Origin: a virus
Length of the DNA stretch: 31,339 nt
Virus record (IMG/VR): IMGVR_UViG_3300033182_000245
Location: 1-31,339 of that record
Reading direction: 5' to 3' (one strand)
Both the position numbers and the translations under genes were made by a program. How positions within the stretch are numbered: the stretch's first letter is position 1; every line of letters begins with the position of its first letter. This document shows, piece after piece, positions 23,899-30,947 of the stretch. Below the pieces are notes generated by a model. That model did not search any database. It was not told where the DNA came from and was given only the letters and a program-made list of their open reading frames with translations.

Positions 23899-24551
23899 CG
23901 ATCACGCTCAATGATGTAGCCAGCGAAGTCACCGAAGCGAAAGAACTCGACACCACCGAACGCTTCGATCATGTAGTGATCGAGAGGTCTTTGCGCGCCA
24001 GCGAGTGACAGTTCTTTCTCGATGATCTCTAACGGATCAACACCTGCGTTCAGTTTCTCAGTCAACGTCAATCGAGAGTTGACGATCGACAAGTAGCCCG
24101 CCGGCGGCAAGAAGCGTTCGACGATGATCAATGCGCCGCCAGGTTTGATCGCCTGTGTCCAAACTTGAAGTGTCGGTTGAACTTTGTCCGGCGCGACAAA
24201 CATGAACACAAGAAACGCAACAGCAAGATCGAACTGTTCAGGCTCAACATCAATGATGCTGCGATTGATCATCTTGCCAGGTCCGTTGTATTGCTTGGCC
24301 ATTTCTCGACTGACTTCGATCGCTTCAAAGTGTGCATCTCGATCACGCAGCACATCAGACAATGCTCGACCAATGTTGCCCGTCGATGCGCCAAGATCAT
24401 AGACACGCGCCTTGTCGTGAATGTAATGTCGAGCGATCGTCACCACAGCACGCGTCGCCAAGTCATACCATGGCAACTGTTCACGCACATGCTCATCGAA
24501 GTGTGTTGCGATCTCGTCGCTCTTGAACGTCCAGTTCGATGGAACTTTCAC
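23895..24551 (-). CDS. CmoA-like class I SAM-dependent enzyme (carboxy-SAM synthase-like methyltransferase fold)
   Basis: 218 aa, GTG start in a GTGA overlap with the C5-MTase stop. NWTFKSDEIATHFDEHVREQLPWY...RVYDLGASTGNIG...IKPGGALIIVERF aligns by eye with E. coli CmoA ([23 protein letters not shown]...QVYDLGCSLG...LNPGGALVLSEKF). Confidence 0.6.
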   Translation of the reverse strand: MKVPSNWTFKSDEIATHFDEHVREQLPWYDLATRAVVTIARHYIHDKARVYDLGASTGNIGRALSDVLRDRDAHFEAIEVSREMAKQYNGPGKMINRSIIDVEPEQFDLAVAFLVFMFVAPDKVQPTLQVWTQAIKPGGALIIVERFLPPAGYLSIVNSRLTLTEKLNAGVDPLEIIEKELSLAGAQRPLDHYMIEAFGGVEFFRFGDFAGYIIERDR

Positions 24552-25630
24552 AATGTCCTCTCTAATAGTTGCGCCATGTGCGAGGCGTGCGCGTAATACA
24601 ACGGTGGTGGCACAGCGCGAGCGATGCGTTCATACCGCTGCGCTGGCGTGCCAGTCAGTATGAAGTCAGACGGAAAGCCAGTGATCCATTTGACTTCTGT
24701 CGCTGTGAACTTGCGTGGCTCATCAGGATGCAGCGGGTCTGCTGCTGACTTCGACCCGCCGACTGTGATCGTCGGCAATGGCTGATCGTAGTGTGCTCGC
24801 GTGATCTGAAAGATCACATCGCTGCCTTCGCCTGGGTTCAACAGTTCCCATTCGCGTAGATACGAAGGCGCGAGATTGCGTGCGTGCTTCATCTCATCGT
24901 CTGGTATCTGAACTTCGAGCGCATCGATCGCGTCGCGTAGCGTGTAACGATCTGAGACAGTCGCTGGCGGCGTAGGTTTGACGTTCTGATCTCTTCGTAT
25001 GCCCTGAAAGATCAGACGCTTACGCGCTGTCGCTGAGCCGTAGTGACTGACTTTGTAGACATCGACGTTCAGCACATAGCCAAGTTCCTGCAGCGTCGAT
25101 GTCACATGATGCAGAAAGTCGATCGCGTCTTCCTGTAACATGCCAGGCACGTTCTCAGCGAGAACAGCCCTAGGCCTGAGTCCTTCAACGAGACGCAGCC
25201 ATTCATCGAACAGATCATCAGTTGATTGCTCAACGCCGTCGCTGTATGACTTGATCTTGTTACTGCCGAAGCGTGCTTGCTTGCTGACGTTCGCGCTGCT
25301 GAAACTCGAACACGGCGGCGAGCCTTCGAGCATGTCCAGTTCGCCTTGCTTGATCTGCAAGTGATCGAGAATGTCTTGCGCATCGATCTCTCGAATGTCG
25401 CGAGCATCAACGAATGTGTCTGTGAAGTTCGCTTGATACGTCTCGCGTGCGCTGTCGATGAACTCGACTGCATACGGAACTCGCCAGCCCGCTTGCTTCA
25501 TGCCCAGCGATGAACCACCACAGCCTGAGAACGTCGAGACGACAGTCAGGCCGTTGTCTCTGCGCTGATTGCGTTCACGCATCATGTCGGAGTATGGCTT
25601 CTTCGTGATCTCGAAGAGAGTGTCCATCAC
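24548..25630 (-). CDS. DNA (cytosine-5) methyltransferase-family enzyme with an atypical cofactor pocket
   Basis: Motif I VVSTFSGCGGSSLG. Motif IV GSPPCSSFS (Cys107, followed by Ser instead of Gln). Motif VI LAENVPGM. Motif X RIARAVPPPL (Arg338 where GNAVPP normally has Asn). Confidence 0.85.
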   Translation of the reverse strand: MMDTLFEITKKPYSDMMRERNQRRDNGLTVVSTFSGCGGSSLGMKQAGWRVPYAVEFIDSARETYQANFTDTFVDARDIREIDAQDILDHLQIKQGELDMLEGSPPCSSFSSANVSKQARFGSNKIKSYSDGVEQSTDDLFDEWLRLVEGLRPRAVLAENVPGMLQEDAIDFLHHVTSTLQELGYVLNVDVYKVSHYGSATARKRLIFQGIRRDQNVKPTPPATVSDRYTLRDAIDALEVQIPDDEMKHARNLAPSYLREWELLNPGEGSDVIFQITRAHYDQPLPTITVGGSKSAADPLHPDEPRKFTATEVKWITGFPSDFILTGTPAQRYERIARAVPPPLYYAHASHMAQLLERTL

Positions 25631-26073
25631 ATGCTCTCCTCATCGATGCGATAGAACTCGACGAATACACCAGGACGTCGCGTGAACACTTCTGTGTCGT
25701 AGGTGTAGAACTTCTTCGCGTTGATCTCAACGAATCGAGCGTCATCGCTGACAGCGTTTGATTCTGTAATGCCGTCGAGGACAGCGCGAATCAACTTGTC
25801 GAGATCAGGCTTGCGCGATGGGAAGATGCGCTTCACGCTTCTAGGTCGTGGCAGATAGAACTCGAGGTCGATGCGCAGCGCGTCATCGATCTGCTCTTCG
25901 TCTTGAAAGAATGCACGCACTTGATACGCGACAAGCGTTCGCCACTCTTTGAGTTTCTTCGCGTTGCTGTGAATGACAACACCACGACCGACTGTGCGCA
26001 TCGAACCTTGTGGCACAGGTACACCGTCGATGAAGAATCGTTTGATCTGTGTGTATCGAAAGCGATTGTTCAT
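25627..26073 (-). CDS. rusA: RusA-family Holliday junction resolvase
   Basis: 148 aa. PDLDKLIRAVLDGITESNAVSDDARFVE matches the RusA catalytic DLDN...DD region. Confidence 0.8.
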   Translation of the reverse strand: MNNRFRYTQIKRFFIDGVPVPQGSMRTVGRGVVIHSNAKKLKEWRTLVAYQVRAFFQDEEQIDDALRIDLEFYLPRPRSVKRIFPSRKPDLDKLIRAVLDGITESNAVSDDARFVEINAKKFYTYDTEVFTRRPGVFVEFYRIDEESM

Positions 26074-26381
26074 GACTTACCACCTTCGATGACACGCAGG
26101 CCTAGACGATCATCGGCGACGATCTCGATGTCACCCATCGCGCTTGCTTCGTTGACGAACTCTGTCCAGAAGCACGCTGCGAGATCACGCAACGCAAGCA
26201 ACGCTTCTTCATGCGCTTCTTGCGCTTCAAGTTCATTCGCTTCTTCTTCAAGAACAGTCGCAGCCCAACCAAGAAGAGCAACGAGACGATCGCCAGTGAA
26301 CTCATCAGCGAGTATCGTCTTCAAGTGTGTCTGTCGAGTACGCAGATGCGACTCGATCATTGCTCGCAGTTCTTCTCGCAT
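26070..26381 (-). CDS. Hypothetical protein (103 aa)
   Basis: Start ATG 26381 (MREELRAMIESHL), 1 nt after the upstream TGA. The upstream part of the track ORF overlaps the preceding gene. Confidence 0.6.
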   Translation of the reverse strand: MREELRAMIESHLRTRQTHLKTILADEFTGDRLVALLGWAATVLEEEANELEAQEAHEEALLALRDLAACFWTEFVNEASAMGDIEIVADDRLGLRVIEGGKS

Positions 26382-26382
26382 G

Positions 26383-26784
26383 TCACGCCTTCTCGTAATA
26401 CTGATAAGAATGAAAGGGGCCGAGAGGCTTGATGTTATGAGCCTGCGTCCATTGCCATAATCGGTATTCGCTTGGGTAGTAGCCACGGAAGTCTTCTGGG
26501 TACTTATTCTCGCGAATCCATTGATCAATGTCATGCATCATCGCATGGCAAATGATCTGTTCACCATCTGTTCCTAATGCGTAATCAGAAAGCAGATTAC
26601 AGCCATCGCGATCAATCGCGCTGACGATTGAACAGTCTCCAGCATTTGACCAGCAGTCAACGACAAGAGCGACACATGCAGGAATGAGCGTCTTGATCGT
26701 ATCTGTCGCGATGTATTCGAACACGATCGCTGTACGAGCATCATTCGCAACTGAACCATCGCGCAGTAATCGTTTGCGTCCCAT
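26383..26784 (-). CDS. Hypothetical protein (133 aa)
   Basis: TAATG overlap with the Rad52-like gene. I recognised no motif. Confidence 0.6.
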   Translation of the reverse strand: MGRKRLLRDGSVANDARTAIVFEYIATDTIKTLIPACVALVVDCWSNAGDCSIVSAIDRDGCNLLSDYALGTDGEQIICHAMMHDIDQWIRENKYPEDFRGYYPSEYRLWQWTQAHNIKPLGPFHSYQYYEKA

Positions 26785-27419
26785 TAGATGTGCTCCGGTT
26801 CTGTCTGCTCATCGTCTTTGCTTTGAGCATTCATTCTTGCGATCTCTTCTTCGATCTCTTGCTGATCCTCAGCCTCGAGTTCTTTCTTGCGCTGCGAATA
26901 CTGCGCTCGAAGGGCGATCAACGCTTCTTGATCCAGCGTCATGTTCGTGATCGTCGCAGCGATCTTGTTCAAGCCGTTGACTGTCTTCGCTCGCTTGATC
27001 TTGTCAGCGACGATGCTGATCTCTTCTTCGCTCGCGTACTCCTTGTGCATGTGCGACAAGTCTTCTTTCGCCCACAGATCAAGCGCGACACCGAAGCGCA
27101 TCGCAGCATTGCGAATCGCATCACCGATGCATTCTTTGATCGCGTCAGGACCTTTCTTCCCATTCGCGCTGCCGTAGCCGTAGCGAGTTACGCCGCAGAC
27201 TGTCATGCGAATCCACAGACCTTGCAACGCGTCAAACGCTGGCAGCCCATTTGCATCGAACGCGACAGGCTCCCACGTCCATTCAGGATCGACACTCAAC
27301 AGTCGATCAGTTGTCGCAGCGTGACCGACATACGACAAGAAGGTATTACCGCGTGGCAGTTGTCCGATCGCTTCACGCGGGAACTCTGCACGCAACTTCT
27401 CATGCTGCTCTTTGTTCAC
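26784..27419 (-). CDS. Rad52/Sak-like single-strand annealing protein
   Basis: FPREAIGQLPRGNTFLSYVGHAATTDRL...GYGSANGKKGPDAIKECIGDAIRNAAMRFGVALDLW matches the Rad52-family phage recombinase pattern. GTG start after AGCGAGAGAG. Confidence 0.7.
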   Translation of the reverse strand: MNKEQHEKLRAEFPREAIGQLPRGNTFLSYVGHAATTDRLLSVDPEWTWEPVAFDANGLPAFDALQGLWIRMTVCGVTRYGYGSANGKKGPDAIKECIGDAIRNAAMRFGVALDLWAKEDLSHMHKEYASEEEISIVADKIKRAKTVNGLNKIAATITNMTLDQEALIALRAQYSQRKKELEAEDQQEIEEEIARMNAQSKDDEQTEPEHI

Positions 27420-27443
27420 TTGCTCTCTCGCTTTCTGCGATCT

Positions 27444-27926
27444 CTATCGATCGCCGCCGTAGTAACTCATCTGCTGTGGGCAAGCGAAACGTCCGCCAGC
27501 CCAATGTGATGCACCGTCACCGAATCGCCATGCAGTCCAGAACGCTCGATCCTGAAAATAACGATTCCACTTGTTGATTGGCTTATCGAACAGAGAACGA
27601 ATCTCTGAACGCAAACCATCGTTCGTCCTCTTGCTCTCTTTCAGCATCATGAAGACAAGTCCACGTCGCCAGTTGCGATCGTGAAACTGATACGCGCCAT
27701 GATAGTTGTCACCACCACCGCCGATGACTTTGTAGTGACCGCGTGACTCTCGCTGCACAATGCATCGTCGCGTGTGCTCGTTGCGCTTGTCGTAGAACTC
27801 GCCTCGATACAACGAAGGCTGCACGCCACGCAGGTCGCTTGCAGTCTCACTCGAAGCACGAACTTCGGCGGGCGTCTTGTCTGAGCCTTGCATCAACGCG
27901 ACAGTCAGAATCACGCTTTCAATCAT
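27444..27926 (-). CDS. Transglycosylase-like (Rpf/SLT-like) domain protein
   Basis: CIVQRESRGHYKVIGGGGDNYHGAYQFHDRNW resembles C-ES-G...Y-G-x-Q-F...W of the transglycosylase-like domain. Short hydrophobic N-terminus SVILTVALM. Confidence 0.6.
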   Translation of the reverse strand: MIESVILTVALMQGSDKTPAEVRASSETASDLRGVQPSLYRGEFYDKRNEHTRRCIVQRESRGHYKVIGGGGDNYHGAYQFHDRNWRRGLVFMMLKESKRTNDGLRSEIRSLFDKPINKWNRYFQDRAFWTAWRFGDGASHWAGGRFACPQQMSYYGGDR

Positions 27927-28189
27927 TGAGTGAACCTCCGTTGCAGTTCATTGAACGCGACAGCCTCAGCAGGCGTGAGCCTGATCTGTGCTGCTTGCTT
28001 CTCAATCTTCATCAAACGATCGTCGAGCAACAAGACTCGACGTTCTGCTTTCGTTGCTCGCTCTCGCCAGTAACTCGTCAAGCCGAAGCCTTCTCGACGA
28101 CCTCGAGTGAAGCCCTTCCAGTACGCGACGAACGCTGACATCAAACTCATCACGCCAGCGACGACGATGATCTTCTGATCAATCGACAT
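27923..28189 (-). CDS. Membrane-anchored hypothetical protein (88 aa)
   Basis: Start ATG 28189 (MSIDQKIIVVAGVMSLMSAFVAYW), preceded by GAGGAG and an AGCGAGAGAG motif. The track's upstream extension is Cys-rich and looks like intergenic sequence. Confidence 0.65.
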   Translation of the reverse strand: MSIDQKIIVVAGVMSLMSAFVAYWKGFTRGRREGFGLTSYWRERATKAERRVLLLDDRLMKIEKQAAQIRLTPAEAVAFNELQRRFTQ

Positions 28190-28252
28190 GACTTGCTCCT
28201 CTCTCTCGCTGTTTGCAACGCTGTCGAGCACGCTGCGAGGAGAACGATAAGC

Positions 28253-28271
28253 GCAATGCGTCTCGCATTGC
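28253..28271. promoter_or_regulatory. Perfect palindrome GCAATGCG-tct-CGCATTGC (candidate operator)
   Basis: 8-bp arms read directly from the sequence. Lies between a terminator-like hairpin and the first gene of the long early operon. Confidence 0.4.
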
Positions 28272-28332
28272 AAGAACTGACACGCACGACACGCGCATTC
28301 TGTGAGCCAAAGTGTGTGTGTGCAAAGAAGAA

Positions 28333-28365
28333 TCCCCCCGCATGGCTTGTAGCCACACGGGGGGA
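28333..28365 (-). terminator. Rho-independent-type terminator after the 216-aa gene
   Basis: The minus strand reads TCCCCCCGtgTGGCTacaAGCCAtgCGGGGGGA followed by TTCTTCTTTG. An 8-bp GC stem plus a 5-bp inner stem. Starts 14 nt after the stop at 28379. Confidence 0.65.
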
Positions 28366-28378
28366 AACTGAGCATCAA

Positions 28379-29029
28379 CTAGAACGGGGGATTGTTGTCG
28401 ATGCTCTCTGTCGACGTTGCGCTGTTAGTCGCCGACACGCTCTTCTTCTTGTTCTTTGCAGCAGGCTTCTTCGCTGCTGACTGGGACTCGATCTTGCTCG
28501 CAAACAAACGCCCTTCACGCTTGTCGCTGCACTCGAACAGTTCGTGCGTCACTTCATCGCGCAGCACATACGTCGTGCCGATCTGAGTGACATCGAAAGA
28601 CTCAACACTCAGCGTGTGATACAAGCCAACGAAGCCTTCTGTGTTGCGCGGATTGAAGACATCGATCAACCCCTTCGGCAGTTTGCCGTTGCTCTTCATT
28701 GCATCGAAGTTCTTCGCACGCTTCTTCAACGCAAACGCTGTCGGTTGCTCGCTGCCATGCACGCGCTTCTTCGCAGCATCAGTCGAAGTCTTCTGCGTCT
28801 TCAAGTTCTTCTTGATGTCGCGCTTGATGTTCGTCTTCTTGCTGACTTTCGTCAAGCCGTCTTTGATGTCCTGCTCGCTCGCGCCATTCTTCAACGCATC
28901 AAGCGCAGCACGCGCACGCGCCCTCGACGGAAACACAACACCACCAACGGGCTGCATCGTCGAACGATTGATGACTTCCCACGCACCTTTGTCGAGTTGC
29001 TCGACTGCGTAATGAATCTGATCGGCCAT
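28379..29029 (-). CDS. Lysine-rich hypothetical protein with an SSB-like C-terminal tip (…SIDNNPPF)
   Basis: 216 aa. The ATG at 29029 is preceded by an (AG)8 tract. Flanked on both sides by hairpin-containing intergenic regions. Confidence 0.7.
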   Translation of the reverse strand: MADQIHYAVEQLDKGAWEVINRSTMQPVGGVVFPSRARARAALDALKNGASEQDIKDGLTKVSKKTNIKRDIKKNLKTQKTSTDAAKKRVHGSEQPTAFALKKRAKNFDAMKSNGKLPKGLIDVFNPRNTEGFVGLYHTLSVESFDVTQIGTTYVLRDEVTHELFECSDKREGRLFASKIESQSAAKKPAAKNKKKSVSATNSATSTESIDNNPPF

Positions 29030-29032
29030 GGC

Positions 29033-29049
29033 CTCTCTCTCTCTCTCTC
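29033..29049. repeat. (CT)8 dinucleotide tract, i.e. (AG)8 on the coding strand, directly upstream of the ATG at 29029
   Basis: ctctctctctctctctc, read directly from the sequence. Confidence 0.9.
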
Positions 29050-29144
29050 GTCGCTCGCTTGTCGAGCGAACATGAGAAGCCTATCAGGCGACGAAACGCA
29101 AACACAAAAACGCCTAGGCCTAGACAAAGATCGTGTCAACACAG

Positions 29145-29180
29145 GCGAGCGCAGGGCGAGAGAGGGGGACCTGCGCTCGC
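29145..29180 (-). terminator. Stem-loop with an 11-bp perfect GC-rich stem after the 29207 gene
   Basis: gcgagcgcagg (29145..29155) pairs with cctgcgctcgc (29170..29180), with a 14-nt loop. No U-tract. On the minus strand a TTGACA hexamer (29139..29134) follows it. Confidence 0.45.
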
Positions 29181-29206
29181 GTGAACTCACACGATCACAT
29201 CAGACT

Positions 29207-29491
29207 CTAGCGTGCAAGTGAGTCAGCAAGACACAGATACGCGAGAGCATCAACGATGTTGTCACGCAATGGTCGATGAGTCTGACGACTGATCTTCACT
29301 AGCGCCATACAAGTAGCAACCTGCGACGCGTCAACATCGACATCGAGAACAGCAGACCACAGTCGCGCTGTGCGCGTCAGATTCTCACGCGGATCACCGT
29401 AGTCATCCATGCGATTCACTTGCAGGAACTCGAACGCTTCATCGAGCAAAGACGAATCGATCACACAGTCATCACGCGCAGATGATCCCAT
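29207..29491 (-). CDS. DUF6378-like phage protein
   Basis: DDYGDPRENLTRTARLWSAVLDVDVDASQVATCMALVKISRQTHRPLRDNIVDALAYLCL fits the conserved YG-x-P...K-x-x-R...D...Y pattern. Start is either ATG 29491 or GTG 29464 (GTGA overlap). Confidence 0.6.
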   Translation of the reverse strand: MGSSARDDCVIDSSLLDEAFEFLQVNRMDDYGDPRENLTRTARLWSAVLDVDVDASQVATCMALVKISRQTHRPLRDNIVDALAYLCLADSLAR

Positions 29492-30684
29492 GTTCCATTC
29501 CCAACTGTTAGAGTGACAAGCCCAGACGGAGACGATACACCCTGCGACTCTTTGAACCATGCGCTGCCCGCATCAAGAGCAGGAGCCTGAATGAACGTTC
29601 GTGGACCTGCAGTCATGATCTTGAAGTGATGCAGATGACCAGCGAGCAGCAACGTCGATTCGCCAGCGTTCGTCATTCCTGCTGCTTGCTTCGACCACCA
29701 ATCGATTGCGTCGCCTCGACGAAACTGATGACCATGAGCGAGCGTGACGATCGTTCCTGACACATCGAGCGTGACAGTCAACTCATCTTCACGCGGAAAC
29801 AAGAAACTGACACGGCCGTATCGTTCTTCGTTCAATGCGCACGCGTCGGCGACAGCGGACACAGCATCGATGTCGAACGAGTCATCAGCGCGAGTTGTCA
29901 CAGGACTGCGCATTGTCTCGCCATGATTACCTGGAATCGCTGTCACAAGCATCTGTTCGCAGTAAGGCAAGAACGCATCGATCGCGTGCAAGACGAGTCG
30001 CCGATACACACGCAGCATCTCAGTCAACGTCAAGTCTGTTCGCCATGCCAGACGACCGTTCTGCGAAACGAAGCCTTCGATGCAGTCGCCTAGATAAGCG
30101 AGCATTATCGACTTAGGCTTCACGTTCATCTTGCGCAGTTGCTTCAACTGCTGCACAGCAAGATCAGTCGCCGTCATGACGTTCTCAACGATGACATCAA
30201 TGCCACCGTCTTGATCTTTTTTGCCGATCTGCATGTCAGAGAACATGACAACGAACGTCACATCATCGACACACGATGCTGCTTTGACGCTCTTACGAGC
30301 ACGCACAGACGCGAACAGATCATCGATGTCTAGTTGATCGAGCGCAGCAACGTTCTGCTCCACAGCGAAGCGATAACGCCACACAGGTTGCGTGTATGCA
30401 GTACCGTCGCCGTCTTTGTCACGATGCCACGCTGCAGGATCGAAGCGCATCTCAATAAGACGAACACGCCAACCATCAGGCACCTGCACACCAAGCGACT
30501 CAACAGCGTCACGCCACGCGCTCTCATCATCGAGCAACACAGTCATCGCCGGTGTCGTCACAAGACGCGAACCGTCTTGCTCATACTTCACGCCAGGTTC
30601 GAAACCAGTCGGCGCGCCAGCGCGATCACGACGAACATCGCTCGCCTGATCACCGACGCGCTTCAACTGATCAGACAGACTCAT
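29461..30684 (-). CDS. Calcineurin-like metallophosphoesterase (Mre11/SbcD-like nuclease candidate)
   Basis: Start ATG 30684 (MSLSDQLK), in a TGATG overlap. Motifs FSDMQIG, LGDCIEG, PGNHGE, LAHGH and AGHLHH. Confidence 0.8.
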   Translation of the reverse strand: MSLSDQLKRVGDQASDVRRDRAGAPTGFEPGVKYEQDGSRLVTTPAMTVLLDDESAWRDAVESLGVQVPDGWRVRLIEMRFDPAAWHRDKDGDGTAYTQPVWRYRFAVEQNVAALDQLDIDDLFASVRARKSVKAASCVDDVTFVVMFSDMQIGKKDQDGGIDVIVENVMTATDLAVQQLKQLRKMNVKPKSIMLAYLGDCIEGFVSQNGRLAWRTDLTLTEMLRVYRRLVLHAIDAFLPYCEQMLVTAIPGNHGETMRSPVTTRADDSFDIDAVSAVADACALNEERYGRVSFLFPREDELTVTLDVSGTIVTLAHGHQFRRGDAIDWWSKQAAGMTNAGESTLLLAGHLHHFKIMTAGPRTFIQAPALDAGSAWFKESQGVSSPSGLVTLTVGNGTWDHLRVMTV

Positions 30685-30947
30685 CAGCCGCCATTCATGA
30701 AGCAGCGACAATGCTGATTGCGATGACGCTCAACGCCCTTGTAATGAATGCGAAAGCCTTCTTCGTTCAAGATGCGCGTCAACTCGATCGTGGTGATGCG
30801 AGCAGGATCATCTCGATCAATCGTCAACTGCGCCTCGAGTGACCCTCGATCGTCTTCGTTCAACTGATGCAAGATCACATCAACAGGACAAGGAAGCCCA
30901 CGTTTGTCTGTCTTTCGCGCATCTCTCAAACGCTCAGTCAGATTCAC
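30684..30947 (-). CDS. Small HTH DNA-binding protein (87 aa)
   Basis: GTG start in a GTGA overlap with the endolysin stop. ITTIELTRILNEEGFRIHYKGVERHRNQHCRC resembles actinophage HTH proteins that end in HRxxxCxC. Confidence 0.6.
   Translation of the reverse strand: MNLTERLRDARKTDKRGLPCPVDVILHQLNEDDRGSLEAQLTIDRDDPARITTIELTRILNEEGFRIHYKGVERHRNQHCRCFMNGG

Noticed and set aside
29134-29139. Calling a definite early promoter from the TTGACA hexamer
   Set aside because: There is no acceptable TAnnnT -10 element 16-18 bp downstream (TAGGCG lacks the final T). I kept it only as a remark within the intergenic finding.
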